Virus record (IMG/VR): IMGVR_UViG_3300021963_000105
Span: 5,310-69,309 of that record
Source of the DNA: a virus
Direction: 5' to 3' (one strand)
Length of the DNA stretch: 64,000 nucleotides
Shown here: one piece after another, positions 17,234 to 26,970 of the stretch
Position numbering within the stretch: the stretch's first letter is position 1
Layout of the letters: each line of letters opens with the position of its first letter
The notes under the pieces: model-generated
What the model was told of the DNA's origin: nothing
The model's database searches: none
The model's input: only the letters and a program-made list of their open reading frames with translations
Made by a program: the position numbers and the translations under genes

Positions 17234-19339
17234 TTAAGGGGTTGGTGGGTCTTCTTCTCTTGCAGAATTGGCTGTACTTGGTACAAAATCTTCTCCACCA
17301 TCTGGACCAGGTTGTGCGGTATTTGAACTTTTATTTTCAACAGGACCCGCAGGAGCTCCAGTTACTGCACCACCTGCTCCTCCCGATGCAGATGGTGTTG
17401 GTGTAGGTGTTCCTCCTGCTATTGCTTTATCAGCTCCTTTTTCTTGAACAGGTAATTTGGATAATATATTACCTACAAAATTAGGTTCTTTCATAGCATA
17501 TAAAACTTTAACACCTTTATTTGAGTCGGTAAGACCATGTGTTGAACCAGGTGTTTCTACTAATTTAAGTGTCATTGCAACTTCTATAAATTTTGGTAAT
17601 AGATAACTTTCTTTATTATCTCTTTTTTGTGTTAATGCTGATATATAATAATCTTTTACCTGTGGTGTTGTTGGGTCTTCACTTTCATAAGCTACATTTA
17701 CTTGTTCCAATCCCGTTTCCCAAGGAGAATTATCATCAATCGTATATGTTAAAGATTCAATAAACGCAGGTTTGTTACGATACATATCACCTAATGAAAA
17801 TTCAATAAATGGAGGGGTTACATAGTTAAGATTTACATATGATTGAGGATACACTAATGAGCTTAAAAAAGATAATCTAGTCCAAGCTGCTTTATGTTCT
17901 TCATAGTTTAAAGAAAACACTTTAAAAGTAAAAGTTACACTTCGTTCAATACCACTATATGTATAAAAACTAAATGGATTTCCAACAAATTTATTACTTT
18001 CCCAAGATGGAGTAAATGTTTCACTTAATCCACTTATAGTTGCTCTAAATCTAACACTCTTCTTTGTTGCCACAGAATAAAATTTTAAAGGTGCAAAATC
18101 ATAATCATCTAAAGTTTTATCATTAGCTAATTTTACATCATCTGTTGGTTCTAATATTGTTTTTGAATTTAGCTCATCTGAAAATGTATTCATTCCTCTG
18201 TATGCTTCTAAACTCAAATCTTTAGAAAAAACTTTATTGCCTCTAGCATCAGTTTTATTTTCTAATAAAGTTGATGTATATTTATAAGCTACTACACCAT
18301 TACCATCAGTTTTTATATTACCTGTATATTTTGATTTTTCTCTTTTCGTAAGTGAACTTTTATCAAAATCATATATAAATCCATTTCCAGTTAATATTTT
18401 TTTATCATAACCCTGCGTTAAAAAATTTGGGTCATTTTCATCTGTTATAGTCTTTCCGTTTAATATTTCATTTAACTTTCCTGCTAAATCATTTCTATCA
18501 TTAAGTTCAACATTTGAATCTTTTTTTAATTGTTTAGTATATTTTAAATCATCAGTATCAAACGATAATGTAAGATATCTAAGTAATTCAACCGGAGTTC
18601 CGTTTTTACTAAAATTATTATTTCTAACAACGATTTGTGTATTTGAAGTTGTGTTTGTTTTATTTGGGGTTATACCTTTTGGCGATGTTAGTTTTTTTAA
18701 CGCATCAATTGGATGTAAGGCTAATTGAAGTAATAATTGTTCAGGTGTACCTCTAAGTTTTGAAAATAATTTAGGCTTTTGTATTATTTTACCTTTTCTA
18801 AATTCATCATTAAGAAATAGTCCGGTTGGTGTATAAATTGTAGGTTGTATTGTTTTTGCAACTTGTACTGCCGTTTCATAATCATATGTACCTAATTTCA
18901 TTTTTTCGGTAGACTTAGCTTCTTTTGCAGTAATTTTTACTATATCAGTACCATATAAAACAGGTTGAGATAACAATTGCAAAGGTCTTAATCCAGTTAA
19001 TTCTTCTTCTAAAAACGATTCTCCATCTTTTTGTGCTAACTTACTTGCTTTTAATTTATTTACTAATGGGAATGATGTATTTTTTAAAAATATATTTTTA
19101 GTTTCTATTTTAGAAAAAGGTCTATTATTTACATTTGTAGTAAATGCCGCCGTTTTTCCATCTTTCAATTGTAATGTATTAAACGCACGGATTGGACCCG
19201 ATATATCAGTACCATCGGTTGCAACATTATTTATTGTATATGATTTCTTTTGAGAATCTGCACTTTTTTCAGCAGTTTCTGATAATCCATTCGGAGTCTC
19301 AATTTGTTTACTACTAAATAATTCTAATATTGTTGGCAT
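17234..19339 (-). CDS. Putative baseplate / tail-tube initiator protein
   Basis: Lies between tape measure and LysM genes. ISGLSETFTPSWESNKFVGNPFSFYTYSGIERSVTFTFKVF resembles tube-initiator folds. Confidence 0.55.
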   Translation of the reverse strand: MPTILELFSSKQIETPNGLSETAEKSADSQKKSYTINNVATDGTDISGPIRAFNTLQLKDGKTAAFTTNVNNRPFSKIETKNIFLKNTSFPLVNKLKASKLAQKDGESFLEEELTGLRPLQLLSQPVLYGTDIVKITAKEAKSTEKMKLGTYDYETAVQVAKTIQPTIYTPTGLFLNDEFRKGKIIQKPKLFSKLRGTPEQLLLQLALHPIDALKKLTSPKGITPNKTNTTSNTQIVVRNNNFSKNGTPVELLRYLTLSFDTDDLKYTKQLKKDSNVELNDRNDLAGKLNEILNGKTITDENDPNFLTQGYDKKILTGNGFIYDFDKSSLTKREKSKYTGNIKTDGNGVVAYKYTSTLLENKTDARGNKVFSKDLSLEAYRGMNTFSDELNSKTILEPTDDVKLANDKTLDDYDFAPLKFYSVATKKSVRFRATISGLSETFTPSWESNKFVGNPFSFYTYSGIERSVTFTFKVFSLNYEEHKAAWTRLSFLSSLVYPQSYVNLNYVTPPFIEFSLGDMYRNKPAFIESLTYTIDDNSPWETGLEQVNVAYESEDPTTPQVKDYYISALTQKRDNKESYLLPKFIEVAMTLKLVETPGSTHGLTDSNKGVKVLYAMKEPNFVGNILSKLPVQEKGADKAIAGGTPTPTPSASGGAGGAVTGAPAGPVENKSSNTAQPGPDGGEDFVPSTANSAREEDPPTP

Positions 19340-19350
19340 CTTATTATATT

Positions 19351-21759
19351 TTATGCTAATGCAAAGTTATTTCTATTACTTTTTTCAGTCACACTTTTTA
19401 AATTTGATGAAACTTTTGAGCCATCCAAATATGTATCCTTATTTGCTGAAACTGCTGCTATCATTGCGTCCATTCTCTCAATCAATTTAGAATTGTAATT
19501 TGTTCCAATATTAGTTTGAATTTGAGATAATCCAGCACCCTGTCTTTTTGATTCTAACGAGCTTATTAAATTAGGAGCGGCTACTACATCATCGTTTGCA
19601 GATAAACTAAGTAAACCACCTTCTTTAGTTGATATTTTTGTTTTGCCATTGGCAGGAGACATAACATCACCAGCATGCACTTCAGAATCAGCTTTACTAA
19701 GACTTGAAAACAATCCAACAGTCATAGCACCAGCTAATGCCAATCCAACTCCAAATGGAATTTGTCCTAAACTGGAAAATATAGCAGAAACAGCTGTTTT
19801 TATACTATTATAAGCCATACCAGCTAATACAGCAGCTAATGCAATTGCAGGTGCTTTTGCTTGCGCAATACCTTCAGCTAACCATGCAACACCTTCAGCT
19901 GCTTTTGTTATTGGCCATAATGCATATTTTAAAACAGGAGCTAATGCCGATATGATTGGCATCAAAGCACCACCTACTGTTTCTGTAATTCCAGCAAATT
20001 GATTTTTCATGTCATCCAATTGACCAGTTATTCTTTGGTTTTCTGCAAATTCAGCTGTTTTATTTTTTAATTGTTCATCCGTTAAATTAGTTACATCTAA
20101 TCCAGCCTCAGCCGCTTCCATAGCTAATTTTTTATCTTTTTCACTTAAATGAGCAAGTCTTTCTTGCATATTAAGTTGTTTAGTTATTTCTTCAACCTCC
20201 ATACCAGAAGCTGCTGCTAATTGCTTTTGTGTAAAATAATCTTGCTTTCTAAAATCACCACTTCTTTGTATTTGTGCTAATGTTTCTTCTTGAGCTTCTG
20301 CTAATTTACCCTCCATAGCCAATGCTCTAGCTCTTGATAAATTAAATTGCCCTCCAACAAAAGTAGATGCCACCAATTCTTCTTCTATACCACTTTCAAA
20401 ATCTAATAATTTTTCTGATGTCTTTGCAAGTGTTGTTAATGTAGTACCTAATCTATTAGCTTGAATTGCTTGCTGCTTTAATAAATTTATATCACCTTTA
20501 AAAAATTTAGATGTAATTGCTGCACTATCAGCTATATCATCTAATACTTCTTTTGGAGCCGCTCCTGCTTGCTGAGCTAAAGCCGCTACTTGCATTTGCA
20601 TACTTGCCGCAGTTTCAGCACTAACACCACCAACACTTTCAAATACACTTTGTACTTTTGCTGCGTTTTCGGCTGTTGTACCTGTTCTAGCTACAATAGT
20701 TGATAATGCTCCTAATGTTTCTGTTGAAAAATGAGCAACATTACTAAAACTATTACCAAGTTGTTCGGATATATCATATACAGTTTTTGCCTCAACACCA
20801 ATTGACCTGTATTCCATTGCTATTTCATGCACTTGGTGGTCAAGATGTTCGGTTTGTTTTACAGTTAAACCCGTATTTTCTCTATATTTAGATGCAGCTT
20901 CATCCAATTCAACAAAAGCATGTACAGCTGCTGCTAATCCAGCAACCATCAATAGTAAAGGTCCGGCTGCCATACCAGCTGCTGCTAATGTTCTACCAAA
21001 ACCAATTGCACCTTTTACACTTTCTTGTAATTCTTCAGGAACTGCATGGAACAATTCATGTTGCTTTTCGGCTATTTCATTTATTGCTTCGGTTCTTTCT
21101 GCTAATTTTTCATTATAATGAATTGCATGTAATATATTTTCTTCTTGTCTTTTTGTTATTTCCCCTCGTTCTCTTAATAATTTTATTTCTCTTATTTTAA
21201 AATCAATTTCTTTCATCCCATGTAATTCACCAAGAGCTCTATCAGCATCTTCGGCTTGTGTCATCATTTCGGATGATAGACTATTCATTATGTCTAATCG
21301 TTTATTTGCTCTGTCTAAAGCGGCTCCTTCACTATTTTTAGCAACAGCTCGTTCTCTAGCCATTTCCGCATTTAATGCAATATATGCTTGACCTTTTGTT
21401 TTATCTAATTCTAATTGTTTTTTTATGTAAGGTTCTAAATTTTTATAAGATTTAGCAAATGAGTTAAATTCTTTTGTAGAATCTTTTTGAATGGCTTTAT
21501 GTCTTTCTAATCTTGTTAGTCTTTTAGTTTCTTGCGCTACTATTTGCTCTAAATTAGATGCATGTTGCTTTTCTAATTCAATTATTTTCTTTTCAGTATC
21601 TATTAATTTCTTTTTACCGGGTAGATATTTATTTTCTTGAATATCGGCAATACGTTTTTCAGCCTCTTCAATTTTAGCAAGAGATTTCAAACGATTTGCA
21701 TCGGCAGAATCGATTTGTTTTTGAGTACTTTTTATTTTATCATTTAAATCTTGAGCCAT
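19351..21759 (-). CDS. Tape measure protein
   Basis: 802-aa helical, Ala/Leu/Glu-rich protein with hydrophobic Gly/Ala segments, downstream of sheath, tube and chaperone. Confidence 0.8.
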   Translation of the reverse strand: MAQDLNDKIKSTQKQIDSADANRLKSLAKIEEAEKRIADIQENKYLPGKKKLIDTEKKIIELEKQHASNLEQIVAQETKRLTRLERHKAIQKDSTKEFNSFAKSYKNLEPYIKKQLELDKTKGQAYIALNAEMARERAVAKNSEGAALDRANKRLDIMNSLSSEMMTQAEDADRALGELHGMKEIDFKIREIKLLRERGEITKRQEENILHAIHYNEKLAERTEAINEIAEKQHELFHAVPEELQESVKGAIGFGRTLAAAGMAAGPLLLMVAGLAAAVHAFVELDEAASKYRENTGLTVKQTEHLDHQVHEIAMEYRSIGVEAKTVYDISEQLGNSFSNVAHFSTETLGALSTIVARTGTTAENAAKVQSVFESVGGVSAETAASMQMQVAALAQQAGAAPKEVLDDIADSAAITSKFFKGDINLLKQQAIQANRLGTTLTTLAKTSEKLLDFESGIEEELVASTFVGGQFNLSRARALAMEGKLAEAQEETLAQIQRSGDFRKQDYFTQKQLAAASGMEVEEITKQLNMQERLAHLSEKDKKLAMEAAEAGLDVTNLTDEQLKNKTAEFAENQRITGQLDDMKNQFAGITETVGGALMPIISALAPVLKYALWPITKAAEGVAWLAEGIAQAKAPAIALAAVLAGMAYNSIKTAVSAIFSSLGQIPFGVGLALAGAMTVGLFSSLSKADSEVHAGDVMSPANGKTKISTKEGGLLSLSANDDVVAAPNLISSLESKRQGAGLSQIQTNIGTNYNSKLIERMDAMIAAVSANKDTYLDGSKVSSNLKSVTEKSNRNNFALA

Positions 21760-21768
21760 TTTTTAATA

Positions 21769-21993
21769 TTAATAATCAAGACCAGCATCTTTAAACATTT
21801 TTCTCAATTGAGGACTTCTTCTTATTGTTTCGGCAGCTGCTCTGTTTATATCACCTAATTCTCTATCAATTTTAGCTAATTTAGGGTCCGATGCAATTAT
21901 ATCATCAATATTTTTAGGTCTATCATCTTTTTTTATACCAAAAAAAGAAAGAAATTTATCAAAATTACCTTCTGATATTTTATACTTTGCCAT
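21769..21993 (-). CDS. Small hypothetical protein
   Basis: 74-aa ORF preceded by a TATTTATA motif (22019-22026). Confidence 0.65.
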   Translation of the reverse strand: MAKYKISEGNFDKFLSFFGIKKDDRPKNIDDIIASDPKLAKIDRELGDINRAAAETIRRSPQLRKMFKDAGLDY

Positions 21994-22035
21994 ATTGTTA
22001 AATTTATAGTTATACTACTATAAATATGATATAAA

Positions 22036-22080
22036 AGAAAAAGTTAGGATTTTTGAGTATTATCTCTTAATCCTAACTTT
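22036..22080 (-). terminator. Probable terminator
   Basis: 12-bp inverted repeat AAAGTTAGGATT / AATCCTAACTTT followed by T-rich sequence on the minus strand. Confidence 0.6.
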
Positions 22081-22279
22081 TGATGGTTTAGCTGAACTTG
22101 ATTGCTTATTAGCTTCATTTTCTTTTTCTTTTGCTTCCACTAACTTATTGTAATAGAATCTTCGTAGGTATGTTGGCATTTTGTACAATTCCATCATACT
22201 AAATCCGTTACCATAATTACACATTTCAAATATTTGAGTGTGTAAATTGCTACTATGATTAATTGGAAGGCCAAAAAAA
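22060..22279 (-). CDS. Frameshift extension (lambda gpT-like) of the tail assembly chaperone
   Basis: The frame FFGLPINHSSNLHTQIFEMCNYGNGFSMMELYKMPTYLRRFYY overlaps the end of 22259..23014 at a T7 run. The ..LY.MP...R pattern is typical of the second chaperone segment. Confidence 0.65.
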
Positions 22280-23014
22280 GCTAACACCAAGTGTAACAGG
22301 TGCCTCCTCCACCTCCCCATTCTCATGGGTATATTCCACTTTCATATTTACATCAGGAGTGATTGATTTTACATATTCTCTAAATGCTCTACTATCTCTA
22401 GCTAACATTCCATTTATATACTTACCAATGTGTGATATATCCGAATTACCATCTACTGCGATAATCATATGTCTTAATCTTGTTGTAATATCATAAGAAA
22501 CATCTTTATTTACTTTTTGTAATGCTTCAATATCTTTATCAATTAATTTTTCATCACCATGCGTAAGTATTTTAAATGTAATTTTATTTTTACCAATTGG
22601 TGTAATAAATTCAAAACTATTTTTATTGTTAAAAATAGATGTATCAACTTCTTTAATTTTAATTGCTGATAAATCTATATTAGCTTCCACAACATCACCA
22701 ATTACTGATGAATAAAAACTTGATTTATATTCAGGTCCATAACCTAATAATCTTGTTGCTAATAATATTGCGTTCTTATCACCAATTACAATATCATCTG
22801 GATTTATTTTGTCCACAATAATAGATTCAAATAGTTTATCCAACACAACACCTTTTCTAATAAGGTTTTGAGAAGAAAGAATATCTTCTTCTTTTGCTGT
22901 CATATACTTTATTGTGATTTTTCCAGATGCCAATGGATGGTCTTTTGGATATAATTTACCTTCCGATGGTAAATCTAATACTTCCGTTGGAAAATCGTAT
23001 TCTCTTTCTGCCAT
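22259..23014 (-). CDS. Tail/baseplate assembly chaperone (T4 gp26-like; lambda gpG position)
   Basis: LDLPSEGKLYP, IKYMTAKEEDIL, GDKNAILLATRLLGYG, ending SFFWPSN. Lies between tube and tape measure. Confidence 0.75.
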   Translation of the reverse strand: MAEREYDFPTEVLDLPSEGKLYPKDHPLASGKITIKYMTAKEEDILSSQNLIRKGVVLDKLFESIIVDKINPDDIVIGDKNAILLATRLLGYGPEYKSSFYSSVIGDVVEANIDLSAIKIKEVDTSIFNNKNSFEFITPIGKNKITFKILTHGDEKLIDKDIEALQKVNKDVSYDITTRLRHMIIAVDGNSDISHIGKYINGMLARDSRAFREYVKSITPDVNMKVEYTHENGEVEEAPVTLGVSFFWPSN

Positions 23015-23073
23015 AACTTTTCTAATGTTTAAGTTTGTATATATAAATACATAAAAAGTAAAAAATTAGAAAC

Positions 23074-23104
23074 AAAAAAAAGGGATAACCTTTCGGAAAT
23101 CCCT
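23074..23104 (-). terminator. Rho-independent terminator after the tail tube gene
   Basis: Minus strand AGGGATTTCC-GAAA-GGTTATCCCT followed by a T run. Confidence 0.8.
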
Positions 23105-23126
23105 CTTCTTATATAATTAGCGAATA

Positions 23127-23624
23127 TTAGTACTCTAAGATAGCGTAATCGTATGTTAAAGTTAATGTAATGTTAGCTGGGTCAGTAGCGTTACTCCAAT
23201 CCAAATCACCAAAGTTAGCTGATTGAATGAATGCTCCTACCAATTTCCACTCTTCGATTACATCACCAACAGGTCCTAACATTTTGATAGTTACATCTTT
23301 CTTATAGAAGTCAGCGTATCCATCTCTACCAGTTACCGATTCATGTGATAAACGAACCCATTCCATTACTGCTTGTGCAGCAGAAGGTACAATTGGGTCA
23401 TAAAGAGTTACCTCTAAATCTTGCCATTCACCTTTACCTTTCAATTGTCTTTTAACATTGATGTGGTCCATTGTTACCTTTTCAAATGTAATTGATGGTC
23501 TATTTGCCGCTTTTACAGTGTATGCTTGGATTCCAGTACCAGTGAATTCCATCACAAAGCGGTTTTTCATTTTCGGTTCGAAATTCTGAAAGAAAATCTT
23601 ATTGTATTCTAATATTTCTGCCAT
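23127..23624 (-). CDS. Tail tube protein (T4 gp19-like)
   Basis: EPKMKNRF, WQDLEVTLYDP, YKKDVTIKMLGPVGDVIEEWKLVGAF, FGDLDWS, LTLTYDYA. Follows the sheath gene. Confidence 0.92.
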   Translation of the reverse strand: MAEILEYNKIFFQNFEPKMKNRFVMEFTGTGIQAYTVKAANRPSITFEKVTMDHINVKRQLKGKGEWQDLEVTLYDPIVPSAAQAVMEWVRLSHESVTGRDGYADFYKKDVTIKMLGPVGDVIEEWKLVGAFIQSANFGDLDWSNATDPANITLTLTYDYAILEY

Positions 23625-23677
23625 TTTGTTAGTCTCTATTTAGTAATAATAAATATTGTTTTTTTGTTTTTTCTATA

Positions 23678-26014
23678 TTATGCTGTAAACGATGCTCCGG
23701 TTGGTAAGATGTTGAAATCAATTACGATGAATTCAGCAGTCTTTGCCGGTTGTAAGAATATCTGTCCAGCTAATATATTTCTATCAATTACATCAGGAGT
23801 GTTGTTAGTTTCATCCATTACCACTCTAAATGCGTATAAACCTTGCTTCTTTTGGATGTTTTCCAAATATGGATTTACCGTTGCTAAGAAACTAGCTCTA
23901 GTCGTTGATGTGTTTTGTTCGAACACTAAATAACGAGATGTAGAAGCGATGTATTTCTTAACAGTGATTAACAATCTTCTTACATTGATTCTATCCAAAG
24001 CAGATGCTCTATCTTGCAATGTTTTTTGTCCAAATGCTACAATACCTTGTCCAGGGAATGCTGCAATTGGGTTTACTTTGTTCTCATAAAGAGTATCTCT
24101 TTCAGAGTGAGTTAATCTATTCAATACACTAACTGCTCCAGTGATACCACCTCTATTCAAACCAGCAGGTGCAAACCATTCAGCTGCCAATCTATCGTTT
24201 TGTGCAAATACTGCAGGTAATAATACCGATGGCGGAACACTCATTAATTTGTTTGTGTTACTATCAATAGTCTTAACCCAAGGGTAGTAAGTTGCTACAT
24301 AGTTTGAATCTACTGAATTAGCTTGTTCAGTTGCATCAGTAATTGTGTCATCCGAAGAGTTGAAATCTGCGATGTAGAAACAATCTTGTCTATCTTCACA
24401 CATATCAATTGCTCTTGTAGTAATCGATGGGTGTAATCTTCTTATAATACCAGGAGTTACAACCATATTGATATCCCACTCATCAGGATTAGATACAGCG
24501 TTGATTGCTTTAGCGTATGCTACTGAACCAGATGCTGCAGATGTTGAACAATTAAATCCTTGTACATTAGCTGCACTGATATCAGCTCCTAAATTAACAG
24601 TAGTTGTTGGATTAGTACCATCAAATCCGTTTTGGAATGCTAATACAAATTGTCTCTTAACCATGTCAGATGAAACTGAACCAGTCATTACATAATTTAA
24701 TTGAGAATCAAATGCAAATGCTACATTGGAACCAGTCTCAGCGTTTACAGGAATTGGTTTTAAATATTGTTTGTTATCTTTTGATATTCCAGTAGTTTCA
24801 AAATCAAATCCAGCATAATAAATTGGAGATGATGATGTGTTTCCAGTTGAATTTGTTTGGAAAGTTACTGCTGGGAATTGTCTAGCTTCAGCGTTGCTAT
24901 TTGCTTTAATTGGATTTGTATATGCTCCATGTCCAAATGGTGCTGCTGATATTGGGAATGAACCCTGAGCTGATACTTCAACTCTTACATATTTTGATTT
25001 GTTTGAGTAATCACCATATTCAGTAATTTTACCATCACCATCAATAGTCATATATCTATCACCAATTCTTCTTGCAATATAGTTTGGAGAAGCAGGGTCT
25101 AAATTTACATTGTTGTAAGTTTCCAAAACAACCTTTCTCTTATCAGTATCACTATAAGAACGAATTGTTACAGTAAATACAGAGTAATCAGTTGCTCCAT
25201 CTTCACCAGCTGCTTTTACATTAGAAATACCAACTTTAAATTTAGTATTGTATAATGTACCATCACCTAAAGTTACAAATTTAAATAAATCGTATCTTTC
25301 ACCACTAATCAATTGCGATTGTACCATTGGTGTTTCGGCAGCTTGTGCATCATATGCATAATCTTGAGTTGGTAATGGAATTGCATCAACTCTATTTAAT
25401 CCAGACCCGGTGTAAGAAGCACTTACAGTGTTTTCTAAATAAATGTAAGAGTATGCTTTCTTTGAGCCAAATGGAGATTCACCAAATACATCACCTAAAT
25501 CATTTACAGCTGTTGAAAATATACTACCACTTATAGATGCTGCTGATGAACCAGAAGAGAAGAATCCAGTCAATACAAATGAACCAGAAGTTGCTAATCC
25601 GCTACCTGTTATTGATGTGCTAGCTGCTTGAAATCCAACAGTAGTTCCACCCGAATATCCAACTTTAGTAGAATATAAAACTCCTACTATTTTAGAGTTT
25701 CCATTAATATCTACACCTTTAATTGCTAATGGAGATGGTTGCTGATATCCACCAACACCAGCTACTCTTACAATAGTTGCTGTTCCAGCTTCTCTAAGGT
25801 AGTTTTGTACTGCATATTCAGTATAATATGTTCCATCGGGTGTTCCGAAGATTTCTTCAAATTCCGATTGAGTTCTTACAATCGTTGGAACGAATGCTGG
25901 TCCTTGTTTAAAAGGACCTATAAATGCTGCGCCGATTTCACCGATTCCTTGCGTTAAGAAGGATAAATCGTTTTCTCTTGTGAATACACCGGGTGATACA
26001 ATTCTTTCTGCCAT
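23678..26014 (-). CDS. Contractile tail sheath protein (T4 gp18-like)
   Basis: SPGVFTRENDLS, AFIGPFKQGP, YYPWV, WFAPAGLNRG, GQKTL, DRINVRRLL, FEQN, LQPAKTAEFI. Confidence 0.96.
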   Translation of the reverse strand: MAERIVSPGVFTRENDLSFLTQGIGEIGAAFIGPFKQGPAFVPTIVRTQSEFEEIFGTPDGTYYTEYAVQNYLREAGTATIVRVAGVGGYQQPSPLAIKGVDINGNSKIVGVLYSTKVGYSGGTTVGFQAASTSITGSGLATSGSFVLTGFFSSGSSAASISGSIFSTAVNDLGDVFGESPFGSKKAYSYIYLENTVSASYTGSGLNRVDAIPLPTQDYAYDAQAAETPMVQSQLISGERYDLFKFVTLGDGTLYNTKFKVGISNVKAAGEDGATDYSVFTVTIRSYSDTDKRKVVLETYNNVNLDPASPNYIARRIGDRYMTIDGDGKITEYGDYSNKSKYVRVEVSAQGSFPISAAPFGHGAYTNPIKANSNAEARQFPAVTFQTNSTGNTSSSPIYYAGFDFETTGISKDNKQYLKPIPVNAETGSNVAFAFDSQLNYVMTGSVSSDMVKRQFVLAFQNGFDGTNPTTTVNLGADISAANVQGFNCSTSAASGSVAYAKAINAVSNPDEWDINMVVTPGIIRRLHPSITTRAIDMCEDRQDCFYIADFNSSDDTITDATEQANSVDSNYVATYYPWVKTIDSNTNKLMSVPPSVLLPAVFAQNDRLAAEWFAPAGLNRGGITGAVSVLNRLTHSERDTLYENKVNPIAAFPGQGIVAFGQKTLQDRASALDRINVRRLLITVKKYIASTSRYLVFEQNTSTTRASFLATVNPYLENIQKKQGLYAFRVVMDETNNTPDVIDRNILAGQIFLQPAKTAEFIVIDFNILPTGASFTA

Positions 26015-26072
26015 TTTTTTATCTCTAAAATTCTATGTTTGTTATTGTGTAAAAGGTTTTCCAATTTACACA

Positions 26073-26080
26073 TATAAATA
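26073..26080 (-). promoter_or_regulatory. Putative late-promoter motif TATTTATA (representative copy, upstream of the sheath gene)
   Basis: The same intergenic motif (plus strand TATAAATA) starts at 3634, 6600, 11966, 22019, 23042, 26073, 26578, 35186, 46387, 46407 and 63277. Confidence 0.7.
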
Positions 26081-26087
26081 TAAACAA

Positions 26088-26133
26088 AATACCCAAAACA
26101 TAAATTTTATATTAAATATATGCTTTGGGTATT
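26088..26133 (-). terminator. Possible terminator between the fibre block and the sheath gene
   Basis: Inverted repeat AATACCCAAA...TTTGGGTATT with a long AT-rich loop. Confidence 0.45.
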
Positions 26134-26156
26134 AAAAATAATAATTTGTAGTACTA

Positions 26157-26555
26157 TTAGTAATCTTTAGCCAATGGGTCAGGTGTTACTGAACCACTTG
26201 TTGGTGACCAGGGTAAACTAATATCACTAACTTCGGTAAATGATAATTTACTTCTAGTAATTTGTTTATCCATTTGTGTTTGAATGTGGTCCCAATAGTT
26301 AGTCATTCGATTTGAACCACTCACTACATTTTTAATCCATCCCAATACTTGCGTTTCGGTTAAATCAGAATATGCTGTAAAACTACCCGTATCTATTGTG
26401 TGTAAATCAAACGGAGTTGCTCCATTAAATTCACCAGTATTTCCATCTTCATCAGTACAAATAACTTTCCATCTTGTACCAATTACAGCCTCATCTATAT
26501 TTTCTGAATTTACTTTTTTAATTCCGGTCACAGACCATTCGTATGTATATCCCAT
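26157..26555 (-). CDS. Small fibre-associated protein (paralog of 26602..26949)
   Basis: TYEW...TDEDGN...TGSFTAYSDLTETQVLGWI...LPW. Confidence 0.7.
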   Translation of the reverse strand: MGYTYEWSVTGIKKVNSENIDEAVIGTRWKVICTDEDGNTGEFNGATPFDLHTIDTGSFTAYSDLTETQVLGWIKNVVSGSNRMTNYWDHIQTQMDKQITRSKLSFTEVSDISLPWSPTSGSVTPDPLAKDY

Positions 26556-26601
26556 TTTTTATTCGTTTATTATATATTATAAATATAGTTATTTTTAATT
26601 T

Positions 26602-26949
26602 TTATTGATTCCAAGGCAAATCATTAATATGGTTTGTGTTTGGTTGAGAATAATTTCTAGTCAATGCCATATCTATTCCAAATTTCATAGAATCGGTATC
26701 AGCTGCTTCATCAATCCAATTTACAACTTGATTTTCACTTACATTACTATATGGTGTAAAACTTCCAGTATGTTTTGACATAAATTTTACAAAAGTTGTT
26801 ATACTTGGAACTATTTCAACATTTCCGTTTTCATCGGTTGCTTTTAAATCCCAATGAATAGCCCTAATTGTATTAGGAAATTCTTGCTTATTAATTCTAG
26901 CAGTATCCGTAGATACTCCCTTTATAATGTATTCGTATGTAATTGCCAT
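26602..26949 (-). CDS. Small fibre-associated protein (paralog of 26157..26555)
   Basis: TYEY...TDENGN...TGSFTPYSNVSENQVVNWI...LPW. Confidence 0.7.
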   Translation of the reverse strand: MAITYEYIIKGVSTDTARINKQEFPNTIRAIHWDLKATDENGNVEIVPSITTFVKFMSKHTGSFTPYSNVSENQVVNWIDEAADTDSMKFGIDMALTRNYSQPNTNHINDLPWNQ

Positions 26950-26970
26950 ATTATTTACTTATAACTTTAA

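Noticed and set aside
511-26014. Introns or inteins in UvsX, polymerase, exonuclease or sheath
   Set aside because: Motifs are contiguous, with no Hint-domain signatures or homing-endonuclease inserts visible.
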